From NCBI RefSeq assembly GCF_030028105.1, contig NC_092379.1, positions 28,885,821-28,949,820 on the forward strand: a stretch of 64,000 nt of DNA. Direction: 5' to 3'. The notes beneath the pieces are model-generated. The model had not been told where the DNA came from, did not search any database, and saw only the letters and a program-made list of their open reading frames with translations. The number at the start of each line of letters is the position of its first letter. Position 1 is the stretch's first letter. This DNA comes from Mobula birostris (Eukaryota). Position numbers and translations under genes: made by a program. Shown in pieces: positions 48,495 through 60,726 of this stretch.

Positions 48495-50180
48495 CTCCAA
48501 CAAACCCAAAGTTTGTGAGTGGCGCCGGATACTTAAGGGTTGAGTTAAGAAACTGCAAGGGTTAAGGAACCCTGCTGGCAGCTACATACAAGCCTCCCGA
48601 CAGTATGTAGAATGTGGAGCAGAGATTAAAAGAGGAAATAGAAAAGGCATCTCAAAAGGGTAATGTTATGGTAGTCATGGGAGATGACAACATGCAGGTT
48701 GATTGGGAAAGTCAGGTTAGATATGGATCTCAAGAGAGTGAGTTTGTTGAATACCTATGAAACGACATTTTAGAGCAGATTGTCCATCACCCTGCAAGGC
48801 GATCAGTTGTACAGCATTGGGTGTTGTGCAATAAACTGGAGATAATTAGTGACCTTATGATAAAAGAACAATTTCAAGGCAGTGATCCCAATATGATTGA
48901 GTTCAACTTGAAATTTGCCAGTGAGAAAGTAAAGTCTGACGAAACAGTACTTCAGCACAGGAAAGGAAATTTCAGTGGTGTGACAGAGGAGTTGGCCAAC
49001 GAATTTAGAATGCAGGACTTGAAAGGACAGAATGAAAGGGAGCACAACAGCGCCGTAAGGGCGTGAATTTCTGCGGAAAATGAGAAAGGAGCCCGGTAGC
49101 TCTATCCAAAAAAAGAGGAAATACGCAAATGGAAAAGTGGTGCACACGTTGCTGCCAAGGGGACTCAAAGCTAATGTAAAAGCAAAACAGGGGGTATACA
49201 GCTAAGCAAAACTTAGTAGCAAGACAGGGGATCAGGAGGCTTTCAAAACCCTAAAGAAACACTAAAAGAATCATTAGGAGGAAAAAGATTAGATATGAGC
49301 GCAATCTAGCAAACAATATCAAAGTGGATAAAAAAAAGGTTTTTTCAAGAATGTAAAAAAAATGAAAGTGAATTGAGAGTGCCTATAGAAAGCAAGAAAA
49401 TGAAGCAGAAGAAATAATGCTGGGAGACAAGTTGATGGCAGATGAACGATATGGGTATTTCGCTTCAGGCTTCACTGTGGAAGACCCGAGCAGCGGGTCA
49501 GACGTTGAAGGGTGCAAGGGAAGACAGGTGAGTGCAATTACAGTTACGAGGATGAAGGTCCTCAAAACGCTGAAGGACAGAAGAGTATGTAAGTCATCCG
49601 AACCAGATGAACTGCCCTCCTTGCGCCCTGAAAGTGGTAGCTGTAGAGATTGCGGTGGCATTAGGATTGATTTTTCAAAATCATTGTCAATGATATAGAT
49701 GGTGGAATATATGGCTGTGCTGTGAAGTTTGCAGATGATACAAAGATGTATGGAAGGATAAGTCGTTCTGAAGAAACATGCAGGCTACAGAAGGACAGAA
49801 AGATGAGGAGAATGGGCAAGCGAGTGGCCGATGAAGTACAATGCACCAAAACGCATGTCATGCATATTGGTATAAGAAATAAATGTGCAGACTTTTTTTG
49901 TAAGCGGGGAAAAAATCCAAAAATCTCCGATGCAAAGAGACTTGGCGGATCCAAGTGCAGAACATCCTGACGGTTAACTTGCAGATAGAGTCGGTTGTGA
50001 GGAAGGAAAATACAATGTTAGCATTCATTTCAAGATGTCCAGAATACATTGGCAGAGACGAAATACAGAGGTTTTATAAGACACGTGAGGCCTCACCTTG
50101 AGCATTCTGACAATTTTGGGTTCCTATTCTAAAAAAAGATGTGCTGGCATAGAAAAGGGTTCAGAGGATATTCACATGGA
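48495..50180 (+). mobile_element. Decayed CR1 fragments (duplicate of 15.5-17.2 kb)
   Basis: Colinear similarity; MKFADDTKMYG remnant. Confidence 0.7.
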
Positions 50181-50371
50181 TGACACAGTCAGTCCCGCAA
50201 GCAAAGCAGCTGTCCAACTAACTGAAAAATGTAGTCAGTAATTTCTCCCCTTTCCCCTGGAGTTCCGCCTTCTTAAGTCACTCACGTGACAGTGGTGGAT
50301 AAGTGTTTGCGCTCCGGCTGTTTTCCGGCAAAGGGCTCCCTCTAGCGAGCGCTCACTGCATCACGGAGGTC

Positions 50372-50410
50372 GGATTTTCTCCAGAGCCGTCATCGCCTTG
50401 CAACACTGTA
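50372..50410 (-). other. Mutated 23-RSS of V11
   Basis: TACAGTG + 23 bp + AGAAAATCC. Confidence 0.85.
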
Positions 50411-52668
50411 GGCATCATGGCACAAAGATAAGCGATGGAGTCCGACACAAGAGCCACTAGAGATGTTCAAATGAGCTGCCTTGCTGCCACGCTGCCAGCC
50501 AGCAGTAAACCTCGCTGGTTCCGTTCCATCGTGCCAGTGCTATATACCGTCAGCAAATATATTGGAGATTCCACGCGATGCTGAACGTACCAAACAATAG
50601 ACTGAGGATCGCCAGTGTAATTACAGTTTACTGTTACAATTTCTTCTTCCACAATCGTTAATTCAAGAGGCCATTGCTTCGCAGAATCTTTTCCATTTGT
50701 TCCTGCAATAAAAGGACAGAATGCATGAACATAGAAACATAGAAACATAGAAAATAGGTGCAGGAGTAGGCCATTCGACCCTTCGAGCCTGCACCGCCAT
50801 TCAATATGATTATGGCTGATCATCCAACTCAAAACCCTGTACCAGCGCTCCCTCCATACCCCTGATCCCTTTAGCCGCAAGGGCCATATCTAACTCCTTC
50901 TTAAATGTAGCCAATGAACTGGCTTCAACTGTTTCCTGCGGCAAAGAATTCCACAGATTCACCACTAACTGTGTGAAGAAGTTTTTCCTAATCTCGGTCC
51001 TAAAAGGCTTCCCCTTTATCCTCAAACTGTGATCCCTCCTTCTGGACTTCCCCAACATCGGGAACAATCTTCCTGCATCTAGCCCGTCCAATCCCTTTAG
51101 GATTTTATACGTTTCAATCAGATCCCGCCCCCCCAACCTTCTAAATTCCAACGAGTATAAGCCTAATTCATCCAGTCTTTCATCATATGAAAGTCCTGCC
51201 ATCCCAGGAATCAATCTGGTGAACCTTCTTTGTACTCCCTCTATGGCAAGGATGTCTTTCCTCAGATTAGGGGACCAAAACTGCACACAATACTCCAGGT
51301 GTGGTCTCAGCAAGGCCTTGTAAACTGCAGTAGTACCTCCCTGCTCCTGTACTCGAATCCTCTCGCTATAAATGCCAGCATACCATTCGCCTTTTTCATC
51401 GCCTGCTGTACCTGCATGCCCACTTTCAATGAGTGGTGTATAATGACACCCAGGTCTCGTTGCACCTCCCCTTTTCCTAATCGGCCATCATTCAGATAAT
51501 AATCTGTTTTCCTGTTGTTGCCACCAAAGTGGATAACTTCACGTTTATCCACATTAAATTGCATCTGCCATGAATTTGCCCACTCACCTAACCTATCCAA
51601 GTCAGCCTGCATCCTCTTAGCATCCTCCTCAGAGCTAACACTGCCGCCCTGCTTCGTGTCATCAAACTTGGAGATGCTGCATTTAATTCCCTCGTCTAAG
51701 TCATTAATATATATTGTAAACAAATAGGGTCCCAGCACTGAGCCTTGCGGTACCCCACTAGTCACTGCCTAGTGAAAAGGTCCCATTTATTCCCACTCTT
51801 TGCTTCCTGTTTGCCAACCAATTCTCTATCCACATCAATACCCTACCCCCAATACCGTGTGCTTTAAGTTTGCGCACTAATCTCCTGTGTGGGACCTTGT
51901 CAAAAGCCTTTTGAAAATCCAAATATACCACATCCACTGGTTCTCCCCTATCCACTCTACTAGTCACATCCTCAAAAAATTCTATGAGATTCGGCAGACA
52001 TGATTTTCCTTTCACAAATCCATGCTGACTTTGTCCGATATTTTCACCGCTTTCTAAATGTGCTGTTATCACATCTTTGATAACTGACTCTGACAGTTTC
52101 CCCACCACCGATGTTAGGCTAACCGGTCTATAGTTCCCTGGTTTCTCTCTCTCTCCTTTTTTTAAAAAGTGAGGTTACATTAGCCACCCTCTAATCCTCA
52201 GGAACTAGTCCAGAATCTAAAGAGTTTTGAAAAAAATATCACTGATGCATCCACTATTTCTTGGGCTACTTCCTTAAGCACTCTGGGATGCAGACCATCT
52301 GGCCCTGGGGATTTACCTGCCTTTAATCCCTTCAATTTACCTAACACCACTTCCCTACTAACATGTATTTCCATCAGTACCTACATCTCACTTGACCCTG
52401 TGTCCCCTACTATTTCTGGAAGATTATTTATGTTCTCTTTAATGAAGACATAACCAAAGTAATTATTCAATTGGTCTGCCATGTCCTTGCTCCCCATAAT
52501 CAATTCACCTGTAGGGGACCTACTTTTGTCTTAACCAATCTTTTTCTTTTCACATATCTATAAAAGCTCGGGCTTTCTTCGCACATACGGAACAGATAGA
52601 GACCGTTACCGTGGAGACTCACAAGGCATCATAGTCAATATAATCAGCAGATAACACAGAGAATTCAT
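50411..52668 (-). pseudogene. TCR V pseudogene V11 (family C, paralog of V4); leader 52623-52668, V exon 50411-50702
   Basis: CR1 in the intron; spliced junction codon T|GA is a stop; net 10-nt loss at RHPECP causing a frameshift and TGA; heptamer mutated. Confidence 0.9.
50731..52565 (-). mobile_element. 5'-truncated CR1 LINE in the V11 intron
   Basis: RT ORFs 51758-52108, 51307-51765 and 50810-51313; (TTCTATGT)n tail at ~50731-50752. Confidence 0.9.
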
Positions 52669-53492
52669 GGTGTCTGGCTTCAAACTCGATCGAAAGACAG
52701 CTTACTTTCAACAAGTTAATATCCTTGACCGATATTGAAGACGAAACTCAGATCTGCAGCGTATTTCAGCCGGCATTGCCCTGCCAATGGATTGTTTGGC
52801 TGTGAGCACCGATCTGCGCCGGTCCGAGCAGCAATCATAGATCGGTTTGTTTCAGTTCCTCGATATGCTTTGAAAGATCCGACGCCAGGAGATGTATATA
52901 GCGTCGCGCTAACAACTGCGCTAGAGTGGTTATACTTCACTCGCTCTCTCTTGCTTTCTTCTTCCAGGCAGGCTCCCATCCCTATTTCTCTCTCCTCCCC
53001 ATGGTTATCGCTCTACTCTTTGTTCTATCGATCACCATCCCTCGCTCTCTCACTTCATTTCTCTTACGTCTCCCCGAGTTATCCACTTTGTCATTCCATC
53101 ATACCAAACCGCCTACTTTTTCCTCCCACTTTGCTCACCACATCAACCGCCCACCGTTTTCCCTGGATGTCACTTCCTCTGTCCACTCGCAAACCGCAAT
53201 TCACACTCAGACGCATTTATCTCCACATTTCTTCCCTCCGGCAAACGGGCGAAACGCCACTGAGGCAGACAATAAGAAAAACGTCTTCTCTCTGGGGAGC
53301 TTAGTAAGCGCTTTGTGTGCTAGTCTCTTGTCTCTCTGCGACTCAGCCTTCTCTCTCCAGGAAATTTGTCGACGCTAGTGTCTTCTGGACGGACGAGAGT
53401 TGGATGAAAAAATTGCAGATGCTGAAAATCCAATGCAACTCACAGAACTCTGGAGGAAGTCAACAGGTCAGGCAAAATCTGGGAAAATGTAA

Positions 53493-53532
53493 GTCGTCGA
53501 CGTTTCGGGCCGAGACCCTTCTTCAGGACTGA
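53493..53532 (-). ncRNA. Minimal hammerhead motif in an isolated Penelope tail fragment
   Basis: TCAGTC-CTGAAGA-A-GGGTCTCGGCCC-GAAAC-GTC-GAC; core intact, stem I short. Confidence 0.55.
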
Positions 53533-53799
53533 GAAGTAAGGAGGGAGATGCATAAATTTAAATGTGAAGGAACATGAAAGAGGCTATAGGTTAAACCAGG
53601 CAGCTGGGACAGGCCAAGGGCTGTAGAAGAAATAAACTGATGATCTTATTAAGGCATGATCTTATTCAATTGCGGAGCAGGTTCGACGGGTCAAACGGCA
53701 TACTCCTAGTCTTATTTGTTATGGCCTTATGTTCTGCCCTTCCACGGTCATTAATTTCCTCACATCCTGAGTTACCGAATTTACCCCACTCGTATCTGT

Positions 53800-56420
53800 A
53801 ACAAATCTCGGAGAGCGTGAGTGGCGCCGAATCTTAATGACGATGTAGACAACGCTCAAACTGCTGTAGAAGAAATTCTCCAGACAGAGCAGCCATTAAA
53901 ATCAGCTAAAAACACGAGGGTGATACGCTGTCGGCATTAACATCAACAGTCGGATTTTATCAAATTGTGAACCAGGTGAAGTTAATTACGTCACGTCAGG
54001 AGCATCAGAGGCTCGGGGGAGACACGTGCCCTTCCTCTCGAACCGGATTGGTATATTGCCTATGATGTGCCTTCGACTTACAGGCGTGCTGGGTCTAGGT
54101 CATCTTCTCTTAGGGCTTCATTTTACCCCTCTTACTTTGCATAGTGTAGTAAATGGCTGTTATGTTTTCTTCATGGCAGATATTGGAGACCTGGGAGATC
54201 CAGAGTCTCCCAGGGAACTACATCTGCAAGGAATGCATCTGGCTGAAGCTCCTTAAAGACCATGATAGGGATCTGGAGTGACCAGCTCAATGACCTTTGG
54301 TTAGTACGGCAGAGCGAGAAGATAATTGATCGGTGTCACAGGGAAGTAGTCACCGCGAAGCTGCAGGAGGCAAGTGGCTATTGGACTATCAGGTGAAATG
54401 GAAGTGTGAATTGAGAGTTAGCGCAGCGCACCCCTGTGGTCATTCCTGTCAATAGTAAGAATATTTTTCTGCATACCTATCTGGGGGATGAACTCCCAGG
54501 GGCATGCTAGGGAGACACGGCTAACGCAACGCAGCATAGGACGTGTTGCAGATGGGAAAGAGGAGGAAGAAAGCAGTGGTAGCGATAGAGGACTTAACAA
54601 TCATGAGAACAGACGGGAGATTCTGAGGCTGCGAGCACAGCACCCTGATGGTATGCTGCCTTCCACATTTCAGTTTCCAACCGCGTGAACGACGTTTTAG
54701 AGAGAGAGGAGCAGCATCCAGATGCCATGGTACACATTGGCAACAATCACACACGAAGGAACAGAAAAGAGATCCTGAAAAGTGTATTTCCAAAACAAGG
54801 AAGAAGGTACGAGCTGATGCTGACGGGTACGAGGGATGTGCAGTTACTATTACGAGGCTCAAAGTGCCGAAAGAGCTAAGTTACTCGTACCAGATGAACT
54901 GCAACCTCAGGTTCTGAAAGAAGTAGTGGTTGAGATTATGGCGATGTTATTAACGATCTTTCACAATTATTGGTCTGTGGCATGGTGCCAGAGGAATGTA
55001 AAATTGGAAACGTCACTCTACTCTTTAAGAAAAGAAGAAATAAAAGACCTGTTAACCTGATCTCAGTGGTTGGGAATATGTTGGATTCAATTGTTAAGGC
55101 TGAAGTTTCGGTCTGTTTAATGACACAGGACCAGATAGGAGAAAGTCAGCATGGTTTTCTTCAGGAAAAGATTGCCCGACGATCATGTTGGAATTGTCGG
55201 AGGACACTACATGTCAGTCGGATAAAGCGGTTGCAATGGATGTTGTATGTGAGGAGTTTCATAAGGCCTTTGCCAAGGTGACAAATATGAGGATGCTTAC
55301 CAATTTAAGAACCTTTCGTATTACAGGAGGTTTACTGGCATAGTTAGAGCACTAGCTGTTTGGCAGAAGGTAGCAAATAGAACTAAAATAATCACTCTCC
55401 GGTTGGCTACCGGTGACAAGTGGTGCTCCGCAGGGATCCGTGCTGGGACCAAGTCCTCTTATATTGCACATCAATGATTTACGTGATAGTATCCATCGCT
55501 TTGTTGCCAGGTTTGCAGATGTTTCGAAGGCTGATGAAGGGTCAGGGTGCATTGATTAAACGGGTTATCTGCAGAAGGCCTGAGACAAATGACAAGAATT
55601 GGAAAGAGAGTGGTAAATGAAATATAATGTTGGAAAATGCATGGCCATGCACTTCGTTGGAAGAAATAATTGTGCAGACTACTTTCTGAATGTGGACAAA
55701 AGCCAAACCGAAGATGTGCAAAGATGCAACGAGGCTTGGTAGTCCTTGTGCAAAACACCCAAGGGATTAATTTTCACCCAGAGTCTGCGGTGAGGAAGAC
55801 AAATTCAGTGTTAGAACTCATTTCAGGGGGTCGAGAATACAAGAGTAGGGATGTGGGGCTGACGTTTCAAGGCACTGGTAAGGCCCCACTTTCAGTATTG
55901 TGAACAGTTTATGGCTCCTCATTGCAGAAAAAATCCGCTCGCATGGATGATTCCAGAAATGCAAGTGTTATCATCGAGGAAAGTTTGATATTTATGAGTC
56001 TGTGCCCATTGGCATTTAGAAGGATGAGGGGGATCTCACTGAATCCTTTCTAACGTTAAAAGTCCTAGACAGAGTAGATGTGCAAAGGATGTTTCATATG
56101 GTGGGGGAGTCCAGGACAAGAGGGCAAATCCTCAGGCAAGATGGCGTCACCTTAATACAGAAATGTGGAGAGATTCCATCAGCGCGAGTGTGGTGAATGT
56201 GTTGCATTTATTAGCACGGGCAGCTGTGGAGGACAGGGGGTTGGGTATACTTAAGGCAGAGCGTGATATGTTTTCAATTGGCCATCGTATCAAAGGTTCC
56301 GAAGGGAAGGCCGGGAGTAGGGCTGAGGAAAGGTCAATCGATCAGCCATAATTTAATGGTGGAGCAGATTCGATGGGTCATATGCCCTAAATCTTCTGCT
56401 ATGTTTTATGGTCTTATGGT
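53800..56420 (+). mobile_element. Decayed CR1 LINE (duplicate of 18.2-19.8 kb plus a retained 3' end)
   Basis: Colinear similarity; ORF1 and RT remnants; 3' end GGTCTTATGGT. Confidence 0.7.
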
Positions 56421-56581
56421 GTTACCCTCTCTTTCAAAATGGGCAGGTTTTAGCAGACTTTCAATTTTTTGCTCTCGACCCTTGTCGCGTGTCTTCCTCT
56501 TGCTGTATCCTTACCAGGAGATGTCTCATTTCCTTCTTTGTCTCCCTTAATCACTCTTAACACCTCTTTCTTCTCCTTTCT

Positions 56582-56758
56582 NNNNNNNNNNNNNNNNNNN
56601 NNNNNNNNNNNNNNNNNNNNNNNNNNNNNNNNNNNNNNNNNNNNNNNNNNNNNNNNNNNNNNNNNNNNNNNNNNNNNNNNNNNNNNNNNNNNNNNNNNNN
56701 NNNNNNNNNNNNNNNNNNNNNNNNNNNNNNNNNNNNNNNNNNNNNNNNNNNNNNNNNN
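56582..56758. other. N run
   Basis: 177 N at the position paralogous to 20086-20240. Confidence 0.95.
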
Positions 56759-57870
56759 GGATTCCCTGTGGGTGCTCCTAATTGGCAAACATTTATCCAC
56801 GCATCAGTATATTCCTCCTTGAACGAAACTGCTACTAGGGGTTCTGGGTGTATTGTAGTTCTTGTCGCCCTGCCCCTTCACCCTCTTGTAGCCTCTGAGC
56901 AGGGAGGTTGTGTTGTCTCATGGCTCCTGAGGACGGGAAGTTCTTCGATGTTGTGCAGGATGCGGTGGGCCGCGGGTGCTCTTCATTCCAGCCGTCCATT
57001 GTACGGACGATCTGTTCTTTCGAGATCGGTAATCGCACTGCATTAGGGAGAGCTGATCATGCAAATATACATAGCGGAAACAGGCACAAAACCACTGAAG
57101 CTATTTGAATCTAAGCAGTGGCCATTTCATGTTAAACAACCTGAAATCTTCACCGATGTAGTTTGCTACTGAGTTTCACTCTCATAAGTCAACCACGTGA
57201 TTCCCGCAAATACTTGGGTACGCCACTTCGACTTTTCTAGCACGACCCGCTCTCTAGCGACGGTTTACTACATCACACCTCACACATACAGTATGTACTT
57301 TAAACATAAATTCACTTTGATCAATGAACATTTCTCACAGCCCGGTAATACAACGGCCAAAATACTATAAGCATTCTCTATCATGCTAAACATCTGCAGG
57401 ATCTGTCGCATTATCTAAATACTCAGTATAAATCATAAGTAGCCACTGCAACATCCTTAATTTCAGCAGCATGTCACCTGCTGTTCTTTGTCTAACTAAA
57501 AACAACGATTTGCCCATACTCTGTTTTCCCTTAGTGTACACTGTCCTACTTAACTATATTGCAGTTCCACTCCACTCCAACCTCGAACAATGTGGCCGAA
57601 GACGACGTCATTCTAGGTTGCCAATCGCGATCTGCAGTTGCAGCAAAGAGGGTGGGTGAATGCACATTGCCGTATCCCGGAAATACATTATAAAGATCCA
57701 GTTTGGGTTTGCATTGTAGTCATGAACTGTTCCAATACCTTCGGCGCCTTGTGTTGGTGATTGCAGCGCTCTTAAGTAGTGCGCGTGACTATGACTATTT
57801 TCAGTATGCGCACTCCCAATTTACCGGCAAAAGACGCCCTCCAGTGAGATCTTTTGCTTTATACAGAACC

Positions 57871-57909
57871 AATTATTGTTCGAGACCCGCCTTCTTCATG
57901 CAACAGGTG
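57871..57909 (-). other. Degenerate 23-RSS of the A-type half of V12
   Basis: CACCTGT + 23 bp + ACAATAATT. Confidence 0.6.
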
Positions 57910-58382
57910 GCACTGATTGTACAGGGATAGATGCCAGAGTCCGACACAAGAGCTTTAACGATATTCAATTGAGCGGTCTTGCTGTCTTTGTACAGGGGTA
58001 TACTCCAGAGTCCGGGACAAGAATTCTACAGATACTGAAATGAGCTGACTCTGTGTTTGTGCATAACAGCTGTAAACCTCGCCCGACATTCTGAATCCAC
58101 GCCAGTTTTCCTCATCATATATAATCAGCAGTTTTTAGGAGATACTCCGCGATGTTTGTCTTAGTTCGTGTGTTACTGCATTTCAGTGCTATCATCTGAC
58201 CTTCGTCAGCCGATAATTCAGGAGCACCCTGATCACAGAATTGTACTTTCTTGTTCCTGCAATGAAGGATAGATTGCAGTGACTTCCCTGACTTGCACCG
58301 AACTGCGCTCTCGCTGGTCATGTGTGCAGCGTCTTAGCTGTCAGGATGGCGAATAAAACCTATAAGAAACTGAAGGACACAT
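57910..58382 (-). pseudogene. Chimeric TCR V pseudogene V12: a family B V fused at its coding end to FR3 of a family A V
   Basis: B part ends GTC CCG GAC TCT GGA GTA TAC CCC TGT ACA AAG AC, then A-type AGC AAG ACC GCT CAA TTG AAT ATC...TCG GAC TCT GGC ATC TAT CCC TGT ACA ATC AGT GC plus RSS. Confidence 0.85.
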
Positions 58383-58590
58383 GCTCCCTCGCTTCAGCCA
58401 CGCTGGGATCACGAATCACTTACAACAATTTATCAATATGACAGATAACGGAGAGTAAAACGTATCGGAAGTAGACTGAATGGTGTAGTGCTCGACGATT
58501 GCAAGGTAAAACCAGAACAAAGGCTATATGAGAACTAGTCAGAACCCAGTTAAGTTGAAATCCCCTTTTTGTCTTTTCCCACACTATAAA

Positions 58591-58621
<31 letters not shown>

Positions 58622-59713
58622 GTCTCTCTGTCTCTCTTTCCCTTTCTCTGTTTCTTTGACTCCCGCCCCCCACTCTACCTGTCTCCATCTATCTATTTAT
58701 CAATCTTTCTCTCTATATCGCATTCTCTCTTTCCCACTCTTTTGCTCTATCCCTACCGACTTCTCTCTCTCATTCTCACTCCGGACATTGATTTCTAATT
58801 TTCTATTTATCTACTCAGTCTCGCTTTCTTTGGCATTCTGCCCGTGCTCTATCCTTTTTCACACTATGTCACTCTATGCCAACCAGCATATCAGTGACAA
58901 TTCCAACGAGTCATCTGCAAAGTTAGGACTTCTCGCTGTTATCTAACTTATGATTAGCCTTTTAATTTATTGACGGAATACCTTTCAATCTTCCAGGACC
59001 CCGTTGGATATTTCTTGTCAATAGCACATTAAATATTTTTTCCCATAGACGAAATGGGATTAAATGTTTAGCGGACATGGAAGGCACCGGTTAGACCAGA
59101 CACACATTGCAAGCACTGAGGTGTCCAGATCCTGTATCGCTGTGGAACGTTGAGTGTTGAACTGCGCAAAGCTATTCAGTGGAGTCCGGCACGATGCCCC
59201 CGAACTTATTTGAGCGAAACATCTTTCCCTAGAGACTTGAAATATTACTGGACTTGTCTTCGCGTAGAACAATACAGTGACACGGTCTGCTCTTCCACGG
59301 TCATTAAATCTCTCCTTTTTCAGTTCACAAAATCTGCAAACTCGTCCCTTAAACAGGTCCTGACTGTAGAGGAGCGACAGAACGCACTGACCCTGCAGGA
59401 CGCGCTCCGACTGATTAGACGGATTCACCAAGCAGAGTAGTCGATACAAAGACCATCCAGGGGTGGTTGTAGCGGGAACATCGGACGTTGAATAAAGTAA
59501 ACAGAGAATGAAATGAAGATGTTTCTCCGATAAAAGAGAAGTTATTCAAGTAAGGAGAAGCAGAGACTTTCCGGGCAACTCGACGCTTTCATTTCAAAGT
59601 ATATGCGGATTTTATTTCTAAATACAGGATTGATATCAACCACAGGACGGTGTGGCGTTAATTGACTCACCTCTCCCCCCACCATCCCCCACCCCCCGTC
59701 TCCGTCACTGTCT

Positions 59714-59768
<55 letters not shown>

Positions 59769-60726
59769 TTTTTTCTCAGTCCATCACTTCTGACTCCGCA
59801 TCTCCGATTATCCTCCGAATCGTCTCCGTCCGTATCTCTCTCACTCACTCTCACTTTCAAGTGGATATGAAGGAGTTTATTTTTGCATTCTTTTAGTGTT
59901 TCACTTTCTACTACTCGATAAGCTGTTTAATTAATGCATCTGTTAAATCCCAGTCAATGCAATCATCCGACAAGAATGAAAAAGCATATTCAGCAAAATG
60001 CCCCACGTGGTGATAACATCAGATCTGTTAAATCTGTTTGGGAAACCAGATGATACAAGCTATCACTCTGTTGTGCTCCCATTGCCTCTCTCCCTCTCTC
60101 GCTCTCTTTTCTACTGAAAGTGGCTTCAGAATATAAGTATATGGGTAGTATGCGGTCAAGTATATGTACTTCAATTATAAAGTTATTTTGAACATTGTAC
60201 CTCTTACGCTATCACGCTAAACATTGGCAGGTTCTGTAGCATTATCTAAATACTCAGTATAAATCAATGTCGTTTTTGCAACATCCTTAATACAGGCAGC
60301 ATGCCACTTGCAAATCGTTGTCAATCCGAAGACCACCATTTTCCCACCTGTGTTTTCCTTTTGTCAGCAACTGTCCTATTTAAATATATCCCGCTTCCAT
60401 TCTCATTATTTCTCGCTGCAGACAGTGGAACAAAGTGTCCATAGACAAGGTCACGCAGAGTTGTCAATCGTGGTATGCAATTGCAGCAAAAGAGGTTGAG
60501 TGAAAGAACATTGCAGTACCCCGGAAAAGCATTTTAAAGTTCCAGTTTAGTTGCGTATTGCAATCAGGATCTGCTCTTTTAGATTCGGCGCCTTCCGCTG
60601 CTGATTTCACCGCTCTTAAGTAGGGCACGTGACCATGGCCGATTTCTATGTGCGCCCCTTCCAATTTCCCGGAAAAAGGCGCCCTCCATTGCGAACCTTT
60701 TTTGCATTATACAAAACCAGTTTTAT

